Assembly: GCA_030295235.1 (NCBI GenBank)
Contig: AP026130.1
Span: 930,001-994,000, forward strand
Length of the DNA: 64,000 nucleotides
Source: Fistulifera solaris
Lineage: Eukaryota
Direction of reading: 5' to 3'
This document shows, one piece after another, positions 1 through 10,270 of the stretch (positions are counted from its first letter, which is position 1; the number at the start of each line of letters is the position of its first letter). The translations under genes were made by a program, and so were the position numbers. The notes beneath the pieces are model-generated. The model ran no database searches and was not told where the DNA came from. It worked only from the letters and a program-made list of their open reading frames with translations.

Positions 1-703
1 TTGAAAACAGAGAGGGTTGTCGACTACGATCTTCTTCACTAAATGATCCCACTTCGGGAGGAGGGACTACTTTTGCGTGAAGGGTCTTGACAATCGCCTC
101 TCCGGACCCATTCAACGGTGTTTCTTCCACAACCTCAATGGCACTCAACAAACCATCGCGTTTCATTTGCTGCAATGCTTCTTGCACGGCGGGCATGAGC
201 ACATCACCGCGTTCGTTCAACGAACGAATGTGACAATCGGCACCTCGTCCCGATATTTCCAACGGCGGATCGACGAATCCCAACGACCAACGCGCGTATC
301 GACCGGGGAATTCGTAACTACTCATTAACAAGACACCCTTCTTTTCGTCCAGTTGATCCATGAGTTCTTCCATGACGGTCATACTGTTGATTTCATTATC
401 GTTCGCGGAAACAGTCGTCGCGTACGGCAAGGGCTCGACGGTGGCGATGATTTGCACACCGCCTTGACTCGTATATTCTCCTCCCAAGGGACGCACCGGA
501 GGCGCCCCCAGCGACAAATTGCGTCGTGCCGCATCTTGACTGGCCGTAGCGACACCACGACCTCCTTGTTTCGGAACAATTACGGCTTCGGTCGACGATT
601 GTGCGATGCACGTCTGTACTACTCGCGGTGTGTGTTGATGAGGAACGACGAAGGCGTCCGCGTGCAACGTAAGGAGTGATACGATGGCCCAAAATCGGAT
701 CAT
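1..703 (-). CDS. trpE: Anthranilate synthase, fused TrpE(G)-type, N-terminal part, plastid-targeted (runs off window edge)
   Basis: Not in ORF track. Hand translation from ATG 703 gives MIRFWAIVSLLTLHADA-FVVP (signal peptide + ASAF-like site), then YTSQGGVQI, GVLLMSSYEFPGRYARWSLGFVDPPLEISGRG and FSEEDRSRQPSLFS, motifs typical of alphaproteobacterial/cyanobacterial fused TrpE(G). Confidence 0.88.
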   Translation of the reverse strand, partial: MIRFWAIVSLLTLHADAFVVPHQHTPRVVQTCIAQSSTEAVIVPKQGGRGVATASQDAARRNLSLGAPPVRPLGGEYTSQGGVQIIATVEPLPYATTVSANDNEINSMTVMEELMDQLDEKKGVLLMSSYEFPGRYARWSLGFVDPPLEISGRGADCHIRSLNERGDVLMPAVQEALQQMKRDGLLSAIEVVEETPLNGSGEAIVKTLHAKVVPPPEVGSFSEEDRSRQPSLFS

Positions 704-916
704 GTTGTAGCCGATCAAAGAGCGGTTAGATCAATCAGTGAAACGAAAGTGCTTGTTGTTGTCAATTAATCAGTTGGAATATTGGAAGGTAATAATGAAG
801 CATGTGTGCGTTTTCATGGGAGATGTCTTTCCGACCGACCGCAAAACAAAACGTCGCTTTCAACTGCCGCCACTCACAACGGAATAGGGACTGGCAGTCC
901 CGTAAAGGATTCGAAT

Positions 917-3573
917 CCGGGTTCCCCCTCTGCCGCTAAATTTCCTTACGGAGGCCTACGTGGGTTCTACGCAAAAGTCTTACAAGCGTTGCATTGTTGA
1001 TCCTTTAGATGTTCTCGGCTCCCGTTGCGCTCAAATGTGAATAAACGGTATGAGTTTACACTGTTGGAGATGTCAGAAATGATGCCGCTATTAATGAGAC
1101 CCGAAAAATGGATCGGTCAAACTTCTTGAGTTTCCGGGTTCCCCCTCTGCCGCTAAATTTCCTTACCGAGGCCTACGTGAGTTCTACGCAGAAGTCTTAC
1201 AAGCGTTGCATTGTTGATCCTTTAGATGTTCTCGGCTCCCATTGCGCTCCAACATGAATTGACAAACTGCATTTAGACTGTTGGCGATGTCAGAAATGAT
1301 GCCGCTATTAATGAGACCCGAAAAATGGATCGGTCAAGCTTCTTGAGTTTCCGGGTTCCCCCTCTGCCGCTAAATTTCCTTACCGAGGCCTACGTGAGTT
1401 CTACGCAGAAATATTACAAGCGTTGCATTGTTGATCCTTTCGATGTTCTCGGCACCCGCTGCGCTCCAACATGAATTGACAAACTGCATTTAGGCTGTTG
1501 GCGATGTCAGAAATGATGCCGCTATTAATGAGACCCGAAAAATGGATCGGTCAAACTTCTTGAGTTTCCGGGTTCCCCCTCTGCCGCTAAATTTCCTTAC
1601 CGAGGCCTACGTGAGTTCTACGCAGAAATCTTACAAGCGTTGCATTGTTGATCCTTTGGATGTTCTCGGCTCCCGTTGCGCTCCAATATAAGCTAGCAAA
1701 ATGCATACACACTGTTGGCGATGTCAGAAATGATGCCGCTATTAATGAGACCCGAAAAATGGATCGGTCAAACTTCTTGAGTTTCCGGGTTTCCCCTCTG
1801 TCGATAAATTTCCTTACCGAGGCCTACGTGAGTTCTACGCAGAAATCTTACAAGCGTTGCATTGTTGATCCTTTAGATGTTCTCGGCTCCCGTTGCGCTC
1901 AAATGTGAATAAACCGTTTGAGTTTACACTGTTGGAGATGTCAGAAATGATGCCGCTATTAATGAGACCCGAAAAATGGATCGGTCAAACTTCTTGAGTT
2001 TCCGGGTTCCCCCTCTGCCGCTAAATTTCCTTACCGAGGCCTACGTGAGTTCTACGCAGAAGTCTTACAAGCGTTGCATTGTTGATCCTTTAGATGTTCT
2101 CGGCTCCCGTTGCGCTCAAATGTGAATAAACGGTATGAGTTTACACTGTTGGAGATGTCAGAAATGATGCCGCTATTAATGAGACCCGAAAAATGGATCG
2201 GTCAAACTTCTTGAGTTTCCGGGTTCCCCCTCTGCCGCTAAATTTCCTTACCGAGGCCTACGTGAGTTGTACGCAGAAATCTTACAAGCGTTGCATTGTT
2301 GATCCTTTGGATGTTCTCGGCTCCCATTGCGCTCCAACATGAATTGACAAACTGCATTTAGACTGTTGGCGATGTCAGAAATGATGCCGCTATTAATGAG
2401 ACCCGAAAAATGGATCGGTCAAACTTCTTGAGTTTCCGGGTTCCCCCTCTGCCGCTAAATTTCCTTACCGAGGCCTACGTGAGTTCTACGCAGAAATATT
2501 ACAAGCGTTGCATTGTTGATCCTTTCGATGTTCTCGGCACCCGCTGCGCTCCAACATGAATTGACAAACTGCATTTAGGCTGTTGGCGATGTCAGAAATG
2601 ATGCCGCTATTAATGAGACCCGAAAAATGGATCGGTCAAACTTCTTGAGTTTCCGGGTTCCCCCTCTGCCGCTAAATTTCCTTACCGAGGCCTACGTGAG
2701 TTCTACGCAGAAGTCTTACAAGCGTTGCATTGTTGATCCTTTAGATGTTCTCGGCTCCCGTTGCGCTCAAATGTGAATAAACGGTATGAGTTTACACTGT
2801 TGGAGATGTCAGAAATGATGCCGCTATTAATGAGACCCGAAAAATGGATCGGTCAAACTTCTTGAGTTTCCGGGTTCCCCCTCTGCCGCTAAATTTCCTT
2901 ACCGAGGCCTACGTGAGTTGTACGCAGAAATCTTACAAGCGTTGCATTGTTGATCCTTTGGATGTTCTCGGCTCCCATTGCGCTCCAACATGAATTGACA
3001 AACTGCATTTAGACTGTTGGCGATGTCAGAAATGATGCCGCTATTAATGAGACCCGAAAAATGGATCGGTCAAGCTTCTTGAGTTTCCGGGTTCCCCCTC
3101 TGCCGCTAAATTTCCTTACCGAGGCCTACGTGAGTTCTACGCAGAAATCTTACAAGCGTTGCATTGTTGATCCTTTAGATGTTCTCGGCTCCCGTTGCGC
3201 TCAAATGTGAATAAACGGTTTGAGTTTACACTGTTGGCGATGTCAGAAATGATGCCGCTATTAATGAGACCCGAAAAATGGATCGGTCAAACTTCTTGAG
3301 TTTCCGGGTTCCCCCTCTGCCGCTAAATTTCCTTACCGAGGCCTACGTGAGTTGTACGCAGAAATCTTACAAGCGTTGCATTGTTGATCCTTTAGATGTT
3401 CTCGGCTCCCGTTGCGCTCAAATGTGAATAAACGGTATGAGTTTACACTGTTGGAGATGTCAGAAAGGACGCCGCTATTAATGAGACCCGAAAATGGATG
3501 CATTCAAACTTCCTGAGTTTCCGGGTTTCCCCTCTGTCGATAAATTTCCTTACCGAGGCCTACGTGAGTTCTA
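917..3573. repeat. Tandem satellite array, 217-bp unit, ~12.2 copies
   Basis: Anchor CCGGGTT recurs at 917, 1134, 1351, 1568 ... 3521 (period 217). Units are near-identical except one ~30-nt segment. Confidence 0.97.
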
Positions 3574-3699
3574 AGCGTAGACATTGTTCTCGCAATCGAT
3601 GTTACGAGTAGTATTTTTCGTTCAATCATCTCTCATTGTATTGATTGTCACTTCCTCCAAGTCGATATCACTCGATAACTTACTTGTAGATCGATAATC

Positions 3700-5283
3700 A
3701 TGTCATCAAGCGAGGTGACTCCGATCGAAGGATATATCGGGGTTGACAATGGCACACAAGGACTGTCGGTCGTCCTCACCGATGCCCATCTGCAAGTTCT
3801 CGCGAAAGGGGAAGCTCGATATGATTTTGTTCCCAATTTACCCGAAGGCTGTTACGAACAGCGTGTAGAAGACTGGGATCATGCTTTATCCATTGCCATG
3901 CAGCAGGCACTGAATGAATTACAAAAGAAGATTGGTGATAAAATGTTATGGAAGCCTCTCGCCATTGGCATTTCCGGACAAATGCACGGCGAATGCTTGA
4001 TAAAGAACGATGGGTCGATATTGGGACCGGTCCGATTGTGGTGCGATGCACGGAATGCCGATACAGCGGAAGAATTGACGCAACAATTCAAAGTCAAAGT
4101 TCCCAAACGCGTGACGTGTGCGCGGTTTCTGTGGACGTGTCGGGAACGGCCGGAGTTGGCGGCGCAAGTAGCCCATATCACCACACCCGCCGGTTGGTGT
4201 GCCTTTCGCTTGACCAATGAATTCAAATTAGGAATTGGCGAAGCTTCGGGGATGTTTCCAATGGATACGACTCATAACCATTACCGAACCGATCTTTTAG
4301 AACAATACGATGCGGCATTAAGAGAGCCTGGCGTATCGCGTCGCATGGTAGATTTACTGCCGACTCCCGTCCGTGCGGGAGAAGATGGAGGATATTTGAC
4401 GGCGGCTGGTGCGGCGTTACTCAACTTGCCAAAAGAATGGGCGGGAATTCCCGTGGCGCCGGCGGAAGGAGATCAAATCGCGGCCTTGGCGGGAAGTTTG
4501 ATTGGGAGTGCGGGGACAATTTCGTGCTCCTTTGGAACGTCGGTATGTGCCAATGTGGTAGGTGATCGTCCGTTTCAGGGCGTAAGTGCGGCAGTGGATC
4601 AATACTGTGCTGCGGATGGAGCACCGGTCAACATGGTGTGGTTGCGCAACGGTACGACGTTTCTCAATACGATTGTAGAATCCTACAACGCAGGCAAGAA
4701 TGAAGATGCATTTGCCACGATCATGCCACAGTTGATTGATGCACCAGCCGATTGTGGAGGACTACTGGCACTGCCGTTTATGCATGATGAGCCGGGCCTT
4801 CATGTTGAACAAGGTGGTAGTGCTCTGATTGTCGGATGGAACACCGAAAACGCCAAAGTGGGCAACGTTGCCAAAGCAGCATTACTGTCGACCATGTTCA
4901 ATCTCAAAATGGGATGTCAGATCTTGGATGCACAAGGTTATCCACGGTCGGAATTGGTGCTGACGGGTGGACTCAGCAGAACACCTGAATGCGGACAAAT
5001 TTTAGCCGATGTATTCAACACGCCTGTCAAGCTACTGGCTTCCGCCGATGAAGGATGCTCTTGGGGAGCTGCGGTGTTGGCAAAATATCGACATTTGTGT
5101 CAATCATCAGCAACCTTTTCATTGAATTGGGCTGGCTTTCTACAATCACTGATACCACCCGAAGAGGAAACGTTACGATTCCAACCGATTGCGGACCATG
5201 TACGGGAATACGAAGCCATGTTTACACGATATCAAAAACTGATTCAGTTGCAATCACAAATTGCAGCAACCACTAGCCTGTAG
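3700..5283 (+). CDS. xylB: FGGY-family carbohydrate kinase (xylulokinase-like)
   Basis: 527 aa, intronless. Motifs YIGVDNGTQG, IGISGQMHG, LWCDARN, GDQIAA, SFGTS, LTGGLSRT and GAAVLA. Confidence 0.85.
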   Translation: MSSSEVTPIEGYIGVDNGTQGLSVVLTDAHLQVLAKGEARYDFVPNLPEGCYEQRVEDWDHALSIAMQQALNELQKKIGDKMLWKPLAIGISGQMHGECLIKNDGSILGPVRLWCDARNADTAEELTQQFKVKVPKRVTCARFLWTCRERPELAAQVAHITTPAGWCAFRLTNEFKLGIGEASGMFPMDTTHNHYRTDLLEQYDAALREPGVSRRMVDLLPTPVRAGEDGGYLTAAGAALLNLPKEWAGIPVAPAEGDQIAALAGSLIGSAGTISCSFGTSVCANVVGDRPFQGVSAAVDQYCAADGAPVNMVWLRNGTTFLNTIVESYNAGKNEDAFATIMPQLIDAPADCGGLLALPFMHDEPGLHVEQGGSALIVGWNTENAKVGNVAKAALLSTMFNLKMGCQILDAQGYPRSELVLTGGLSRTPECGQILADVFNTPVKLLASADEGCSWGAAVLAKYRHLCQSSATFSLNWAGFLQSLIPPEEETLRFQPIADHVREYEAMFTRYQKLIQLQSQIAATTSL

Positions 5284-5371
5284 CAAGAGTTGTACATTCG
5301 TTGCTCAAGTCGATCACTCTCATTCTAAAGAATAAATGCTACTAAGAATCATCTAAAATATCCAAAGTCGT

Positions 5372-5733
5372 TTACTTTTCAGAAGCAGCAGCTAGTTTGG
5401 CTTTAGAAGCGGCCATTTCCTGCAATGAGAAGAGCATAATAAATGGAATAGAAGTGAGTTAATCAGCCTTCCATGATTTTGTCGTCGTTTCAAGTATTAG
5501 CTTACCGCAGCTGTTTTGGTGCGGGGTTTATAGTAATCCGCAGATCGAACGCTTTTGCATTTTCCGAGCTATAATGCCATTACAAAGGAAAAAACAGGTT
5601 TTGAGAACAAGCGCGAGAGAATATAAAACGTGATGCGATCGATTGCTGTACAGCGACGGCGACGATGCATGGCCCGCTTTCAACTCACCTGAGCATCCAA
5701 TTGTGCAGGTACAGGAAGAACTTCGTCTGCCAT
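5372..5733 (-). CDS. Three-exon 51-aa microprotein (MADEVLPVPAQLDAQLGKCKSVRSADYYKPRTKTAAEMAASKAKLAAASEK)
   Basis: Exons 5733-5689, 5568-5506, 5419-5372. Both introns are phase 0 with GTGAGT/GTAAGC donors and TAG/CAG acceptors; ATG lies in an ACCATGG context; TAA at 5374-5372. Confidence 0.7.
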
Positions 5734-5911
5734 GGTTTACCAGGAAATTACAAGAGAGTATTGAGCAAAAGGTAGTGCTAGGGTTGCAATAGTATGCTTT
5801 CACTTATTTATGAGTCGTCCTGCGTCCTGCACGCGAAATAGTGCGAGAAAACAAAAACGCGACGCATTGCGAAATGACGTACGCCGTACAAACGTGCATA
5901 CAAAAATGGTC

Positions 5912-6412
5912 GTTCCAGAAATTCTGGATGGACTTAGTGGTTGCGATCAAACAGAAATTCTGTGGTCGGTCCAGAAGTTCTAGACTTGGTGATTGCGATC
6001 ATACCCAAATTCTGTGGTGTGTTTCATTCATACAGAAATTTTGGGGTGGTCCAGAAATTCTGGACCAGTTGTATTTCATTCATACAGAAAATTTGGGGCA
6101 GTTCAGAAGTATTGGACCATGTGTATTTCATTCATACAGAAAATCTGGAGAGGTCCAGAAATTCTACCCATTTGTATTTCATTCATACAGAAAATCTGGA
6201 GCTGTCCAGAAAATTCTGGACTAGTTGTATTTCATTCATACAAAAAATCTGGGGCGGTCCAGAAACTTTGAACCAGTTGTATTTCATTCATACAGAAAAT
6301 CTGGGGAGGTCCAGAAATTCTGGACCATAAGTATTTCATTCATGCAGAAAATTTGGGTACTTCCAGAAAATCTGGACCAGGTGTAGTTCATTCATACAGA
6401 AAAGCTGGGGCG
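5912..6412. repeat. Tandem array, ~52-bp unit, ~8 copies plus degenerate flanks
   Basis: TTTCATTCATACAGAAA recurs at ~6022, 6074, 6126, 6177 ...; units carry variants of the palindrome GGTCCAGAA-A-TTCTGGACC. Confidence 0.93.
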
Positions 6413-6691
6413 GTGCGAAAGCACAACTTTCCGGACTTGACATGAAAGCAGTCACGTACAACGCTACGTTTCATTTTATGGTTACTCCATTCGTGTCTTT
6501 TGCAATCAAGAATGCTCAAAGTAATCATTCTACAACACGGCATAATATTATAAAAACTCATAAAGATAGAAGCAACAAGTTCCTAGCTCTTAAGGGCGGT
6601 CATGCAGTTTGGCCGAACAAGAACGCCATTTGTTCTTTGACTCACTGAATTTTATAGGAACCCGTCGTCACCTCGTATATTCCAATCTTTT

Positions 6692-7219
6692 TTAGAAATC
6701 TTCCTCCGAAAGACTTAATGCTTTAGCCAAGGCAACCTCTTCGTCGTCGTCATGTATGCATTGATCGTCATAATGGACCTGACGTGACGCAGACTGATTT
6801 GACATGCTCAATGCAATAGCTTTTTGCAAATTCAAGTCCTTGGAATCTTCCACCAACTCGTTCGACTTATTCTTTTGAAACATCCCAAAAAATCCGCGCT
6901 TCTTCTTCTTTTGGGATGTCCCTTTCGTTTGTTCCGTGGGAATCATAGCCAGCGTCGAGCGCAATTCCCGGAGTTTCTCTTCGCCCCTGGCACGCATTGC
7001 CGGTGTCGCGTGTTGTACTTGACTCGCTCCCGAGGGTGGTTCGTCCCAAACACGCTCGCCGGTGCGTCGATTGCGATAATAGGACCGCAGCAACAATTTG
7101 GGGGCACCGTCTTTGGTCGCGCTTTCACAGACCGTCACCCGCTCGCACCAGACATCACCATCTTGAAGATCGGTAGCGAGATGAGAAAATCGACTGGAGT
7201 CTACCGCAGCGGAATTCAT
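6692..7219 (-). CDS. Small protein with WW-like motif and two ubiquitin-interacting motifs (UIM)
   Basis: SYYRNRRTGERVWDEPP resembles the WW C-terminal half; DLNLQKAIALSM and DEEVALAKALSLSEE fit the UIM consensus. First ATG at 7219. Confidence 0.7.
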   Translation of the reverse strand: MNSAAVDSSRFSHLATDLQDGDVWCERVTVCESATKDGAPKLLLRSYYRNRRTGERVWDEPPSGASQVQHATPAMRARGEEKLRELRSTLAMIPTEQTKGTSQKKKKRGFFGMFQKNKSNELVEDSKDLNLQKAIALSMSNQSASRQVHYDDQCIHDDDEEVALAKALSLSEEDF

Positions 7220-7591
7220 TTTTCGACAATTGCTGATAAGTAATCTTTGGTTACACAAGACTCAACGGTTGGAGGCGACTTCTTTTACAAGAATGAACTT
7301 TTGAAATTGAAAAGTTTTTGCGGTGTCGCTTCTACAAGCTATTTCCACTTAAAAGCAATAGATGAGATGAAAGAAGTTATTATTTCGAAGAATGAACGAA
7401 GAAGAAGCTCGACTTTACGAAATGGAAAGATCAAAAGAAAAAAATGATTTCGATGTCGTTTTTGCGAGATCGCATAAAATCGTCCGCTCACTGTCGACCT
7501 TAACCTCAACTCTGTTGTATCCACGATATTATGCAAAGTACATAGTTATTAACTCCTTATAGTTCTCAGATCTCAGTGCTTTCGCTGATTA

Positions 7592-8281
7592 TTAACTTAC
7601 TTTCTCATTTCCTTCTAAAGGAACGACTTTATTTCGATCAAACAAAGCCGTTTGTCCCACACGGTTCCCTTCGTTGTCGTACACATTCCACAATAAGCCC
7701 TCATTGATCTGAAATAATTGACCATGTTTGGTCACACGGACAGCTTCTGTATAAACTTGAAATCCTCGTTCCACAGACGCTTGAATTAAGGCTGCACGAT
7801 CAACCCGCAGATCCGGCGGAGCCGATTTCCGACTGGGGAGTTGATAAATTTCCTCCGGTTCATATTGGAAGGTTTCCATAGCGGCCCGATTGAAATAATT
7901 GTAAATGGGATCTTCCTGTGTTCCGTGCGATAAAATAGCGAATCGCGTGTTTTCGTGCGCCGCTTCCAAGGATGGAACTTCGGTCATGTGTTCCAAGAGT
8001 GTTTTGCCTGTGTATTGTTGCAGTGAATTGGACGAAAATAAGAGCCATTCTGTCACATTGGCCACGCGCCCTGTTGGAGATGTCATTGTATCCGTATTTT
8101 GGTTCATACAGAGTGACGATATTATACTCGGACGAGTAGTAATGCAACTAAAAACTCTTCGAGGCATCCAAGTCCAAGTTGGCATTCCTGTACGTTCTCT
8201 TCTCTCTACTGAAAACTGAAACGACACCACCCTTTGCGCGAAAAGAAAAGATAGCACGCTTATAAGACACAACGATACCAT
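7592..8281 (-). CDS. Stand-alone MEKHLA (PAS-like) domain protein with N-terminal signal peptide
   Basis: SHGTQEDPIYNYFNRAA...LPSRKSA...VRVTKHGQLFQI...LWNVYDNEGNRVGQTALF fits the MEKHLA pattern; hydrophobic N-terminus ending VVS-F. Confidence 0.85.
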   Translation of the reverse strand: MVSLCLISVLSFLFAQRVVSFQFSVERRERTGMPTWTWMPRRVFSCITTRPSIISSLCMNQNTDTMTSPTGRVANVTEWLLFSSNSLQQYTGKTLLEHMTEVPSLEAAHENTRFAILSHGTQEDPIYNYFNRAAMETFQYEPEEIYQLPSRKSAPPDLRVDRAALIQASVERGFQVYTEAVRVTKHGQLFQINEGLLWNVYDNEGNRVGQTALFDRNKVVPLEGNEKVS

Positions 8282-8433
8282 GTTTGTTATTGTATTGTAT
8301 TATCGAACAGAAAGATCAGAATGGTTGATGATCACTCGCATCCATTGTCGCATTCATCATCATCGCGATCATCGCAAAAAGTTTGGTCCGCCTTTTATTT
8401 GACGGTACCGGTACCGGTACTCCGAGTCCTGTA

Positions 8434-8911
8434 GTACATAGGAGTAAGTAGAAACCCTGGGATGAAGATATGTCTGTTTTCAACCGTTGATAGTTTCACC
8501 GCTTAAACCAACGTTTGTCCGTCGTCAGACCCTTTTGCGCTGCTGCTGCGATTTTTTCACCGCGTAACAGCACGACAAAAGGCTGACCTTAGTGGGCCTA
8601 CCTTAATACGAAAGTATGGTCCGACCCTTGGCCGTGATACTAAATTGTTTTGAAATATTAAGAAAGAAAGATTTGCAATGACGGCCAAAGGTCGGACCAT
8701 ACTTTGATCATGTTGTTGACATGCAAAGATCGATCATTTTGCCGTGATAATTACACGGTGCAGCATTTTCAAAGATCGATATTCGACTCATTTTGACCGA
8801 TGTCGCACTATGTACAGTGACAGATAAGCTCACAAGACGGAGTATCGCGTAAAAAACGGTCGAGAACAGACATATCTCCATCCCAGGGTTTCTACTTACT
8901 CCTATGTGTAC
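8434..8911. mobile_element. MITE-like non-autonomous TIR element (~480 bp)
   Basis: ~55-bp imperfect TIRs (CATAGGAGTAAGTAGAAACCCTGGGATG... / ...CATCCCAGGGTTTCTACTTACTCCTATG); TA at 8432-33 and 8912-13; no ORF; internal inverted pair at 8611-8635 / 8681-8705. Confidence 0.8.
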
Positions 8912-9252
8912 TATATAAATGTTGTCCGTTTTTGTCCAAGACTGTATTTTTAGTCATGAGTAATGAGGAGTTTTTTCATCCATCTCTCCCTTCATGCAAT
9001 TGAATAAAGTTTTTTTATAAAAAAAATTCATGTTGGTAATCAAGCTATTTTAGTGATCCGGACATTATGGTAGGAAAGAAGTGTTTCAGCGCGCGATAGA
9101 GGTCTACGTAAGATTACTTCGACGACAAACATTTCTATGGACATTAGGCCTTACAAGGACGCCTATTAATTCGGTCTACGGCTTACACTGCTATGCAACA
9201 GGTGACGAATGATTCGATGAATGGTCATATTAGTTGCGTACTACGTATTAAT

Positions 9253-9925
9253 TTACTCATAAATCCAAGCATTGGCACACGATTCCCATTCACTGATTCC
9301 CTCGGGGAACCACAAGGCAATCTCGGCATTGGCCGACTCGACCGAGTCACTGCCGTGGCAAATGTTACGACCGACTTCGATGCAGAAATCTCCTCGAATG
9401 GTTCCCATGGCACTTTCACTGGGCATGGTGGCTCCCAACATCTTGCGTCCCTCCTTGACCACATTCTTGCCTTCCCAAACCATGCAGACGACGGGTCCAC
9501 TGGTCATGTAAGCAATCAAACCGGGAAAAAACTTTTTGTCTTTAAGGTCAACGTAGTGTTTTTCCATGTGTTCCGCGCCGGGGGCGGTCAACTTCATGGC
9601 GACGAGCTTGTAACCTGTCATTTGAATCTTAGTGAGATGAGAAAGATTCGTTTTACATCAAAGAAGGTAAATAAAGCACGTACCCTTGGCCTCGAAACGG
9701 GCGATGATTTGACCAACGAGTCCTACAAAAAAGAGAAACAAGGAAATGTGAGAACAATTCGAGTCATTCTTACGAGCCGTTGGCAAATGACTCGGGGGCC
9801 GCACCTCGCTGGACACCATCGGGTTTAATCTGAAAAAATGCAGAGCGCGTGTTAGTCAAAAGTCAACAACATACCCAAAGAAAGACAAGAAACCAACGTA
9901 CCATAATGTAAGTGCGCTCCATCAT
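9253..9925 (-). CDS. ndk: Nucleoside diphosphate kinase (4 exons)
   Basis: Spliced [33 protein letters not shown]...GTIRGDF...[10 protein letters not shown]; three GT-AG introns between ~9615 and 9901. Confidence 0.96.
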
Positions 9926-10270
9926 GTTTGATTGCTTGTGGGTTAGTGTTGCAAGACGCAAAATAAAATTTTTGTGAAAAAAAAAAGCGATCGCGGATTA
10001 CGTTCGCGCAAGATGTGGCCGTTGATGAAAGGACGAAAAGGCCGTTTGCGTGCGGAACGCATGGCAGACCGAACCGTTCGCGCGCCCACTATCGCGCGGC
10101 ATCGCCGATCCGTTCCGACCGACAAAGATCTTTCGTGTCTTTACCTGGTATTCTTCCTGCACAACAACAAAGCTGCACGTGTGCGACTTTGTTCCTCTAT
10201 CATAGCCAGCCGAGCAATAGCAAGTTCTTTTCATTGTTTTTATTCAAATAGAAAATAGACGAAAGAAAAA

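Noticed and set aside
860..930. tRNA-like sequence around TTCGAATCC
   Set aside because: No pairing T-stem, D-arm or acceptor stem could be built.
917..3573. CRISPR-like reading of the constant + variable 217-bp units
   Set aside because: The constant part is ~185 bp, the variable segments are homologous to one another and recur, there are no cas genes, and the context is eukaryotic.
917..3573. Minus-strand exon/intron repeat (GTAAGG...CTGAC...CAG 106-nt intron + 111-nt exon per unit)
   Set aside because: The splice-like signals and exon length divisible by 3 are suggestive, but most units have stops in all three frames.
5841..6330. ORF-track ORFs across the 52-bp array
   Set aside because: Products of a repeat whose period is not a multiple of 3; the same peptides appear in all frames.
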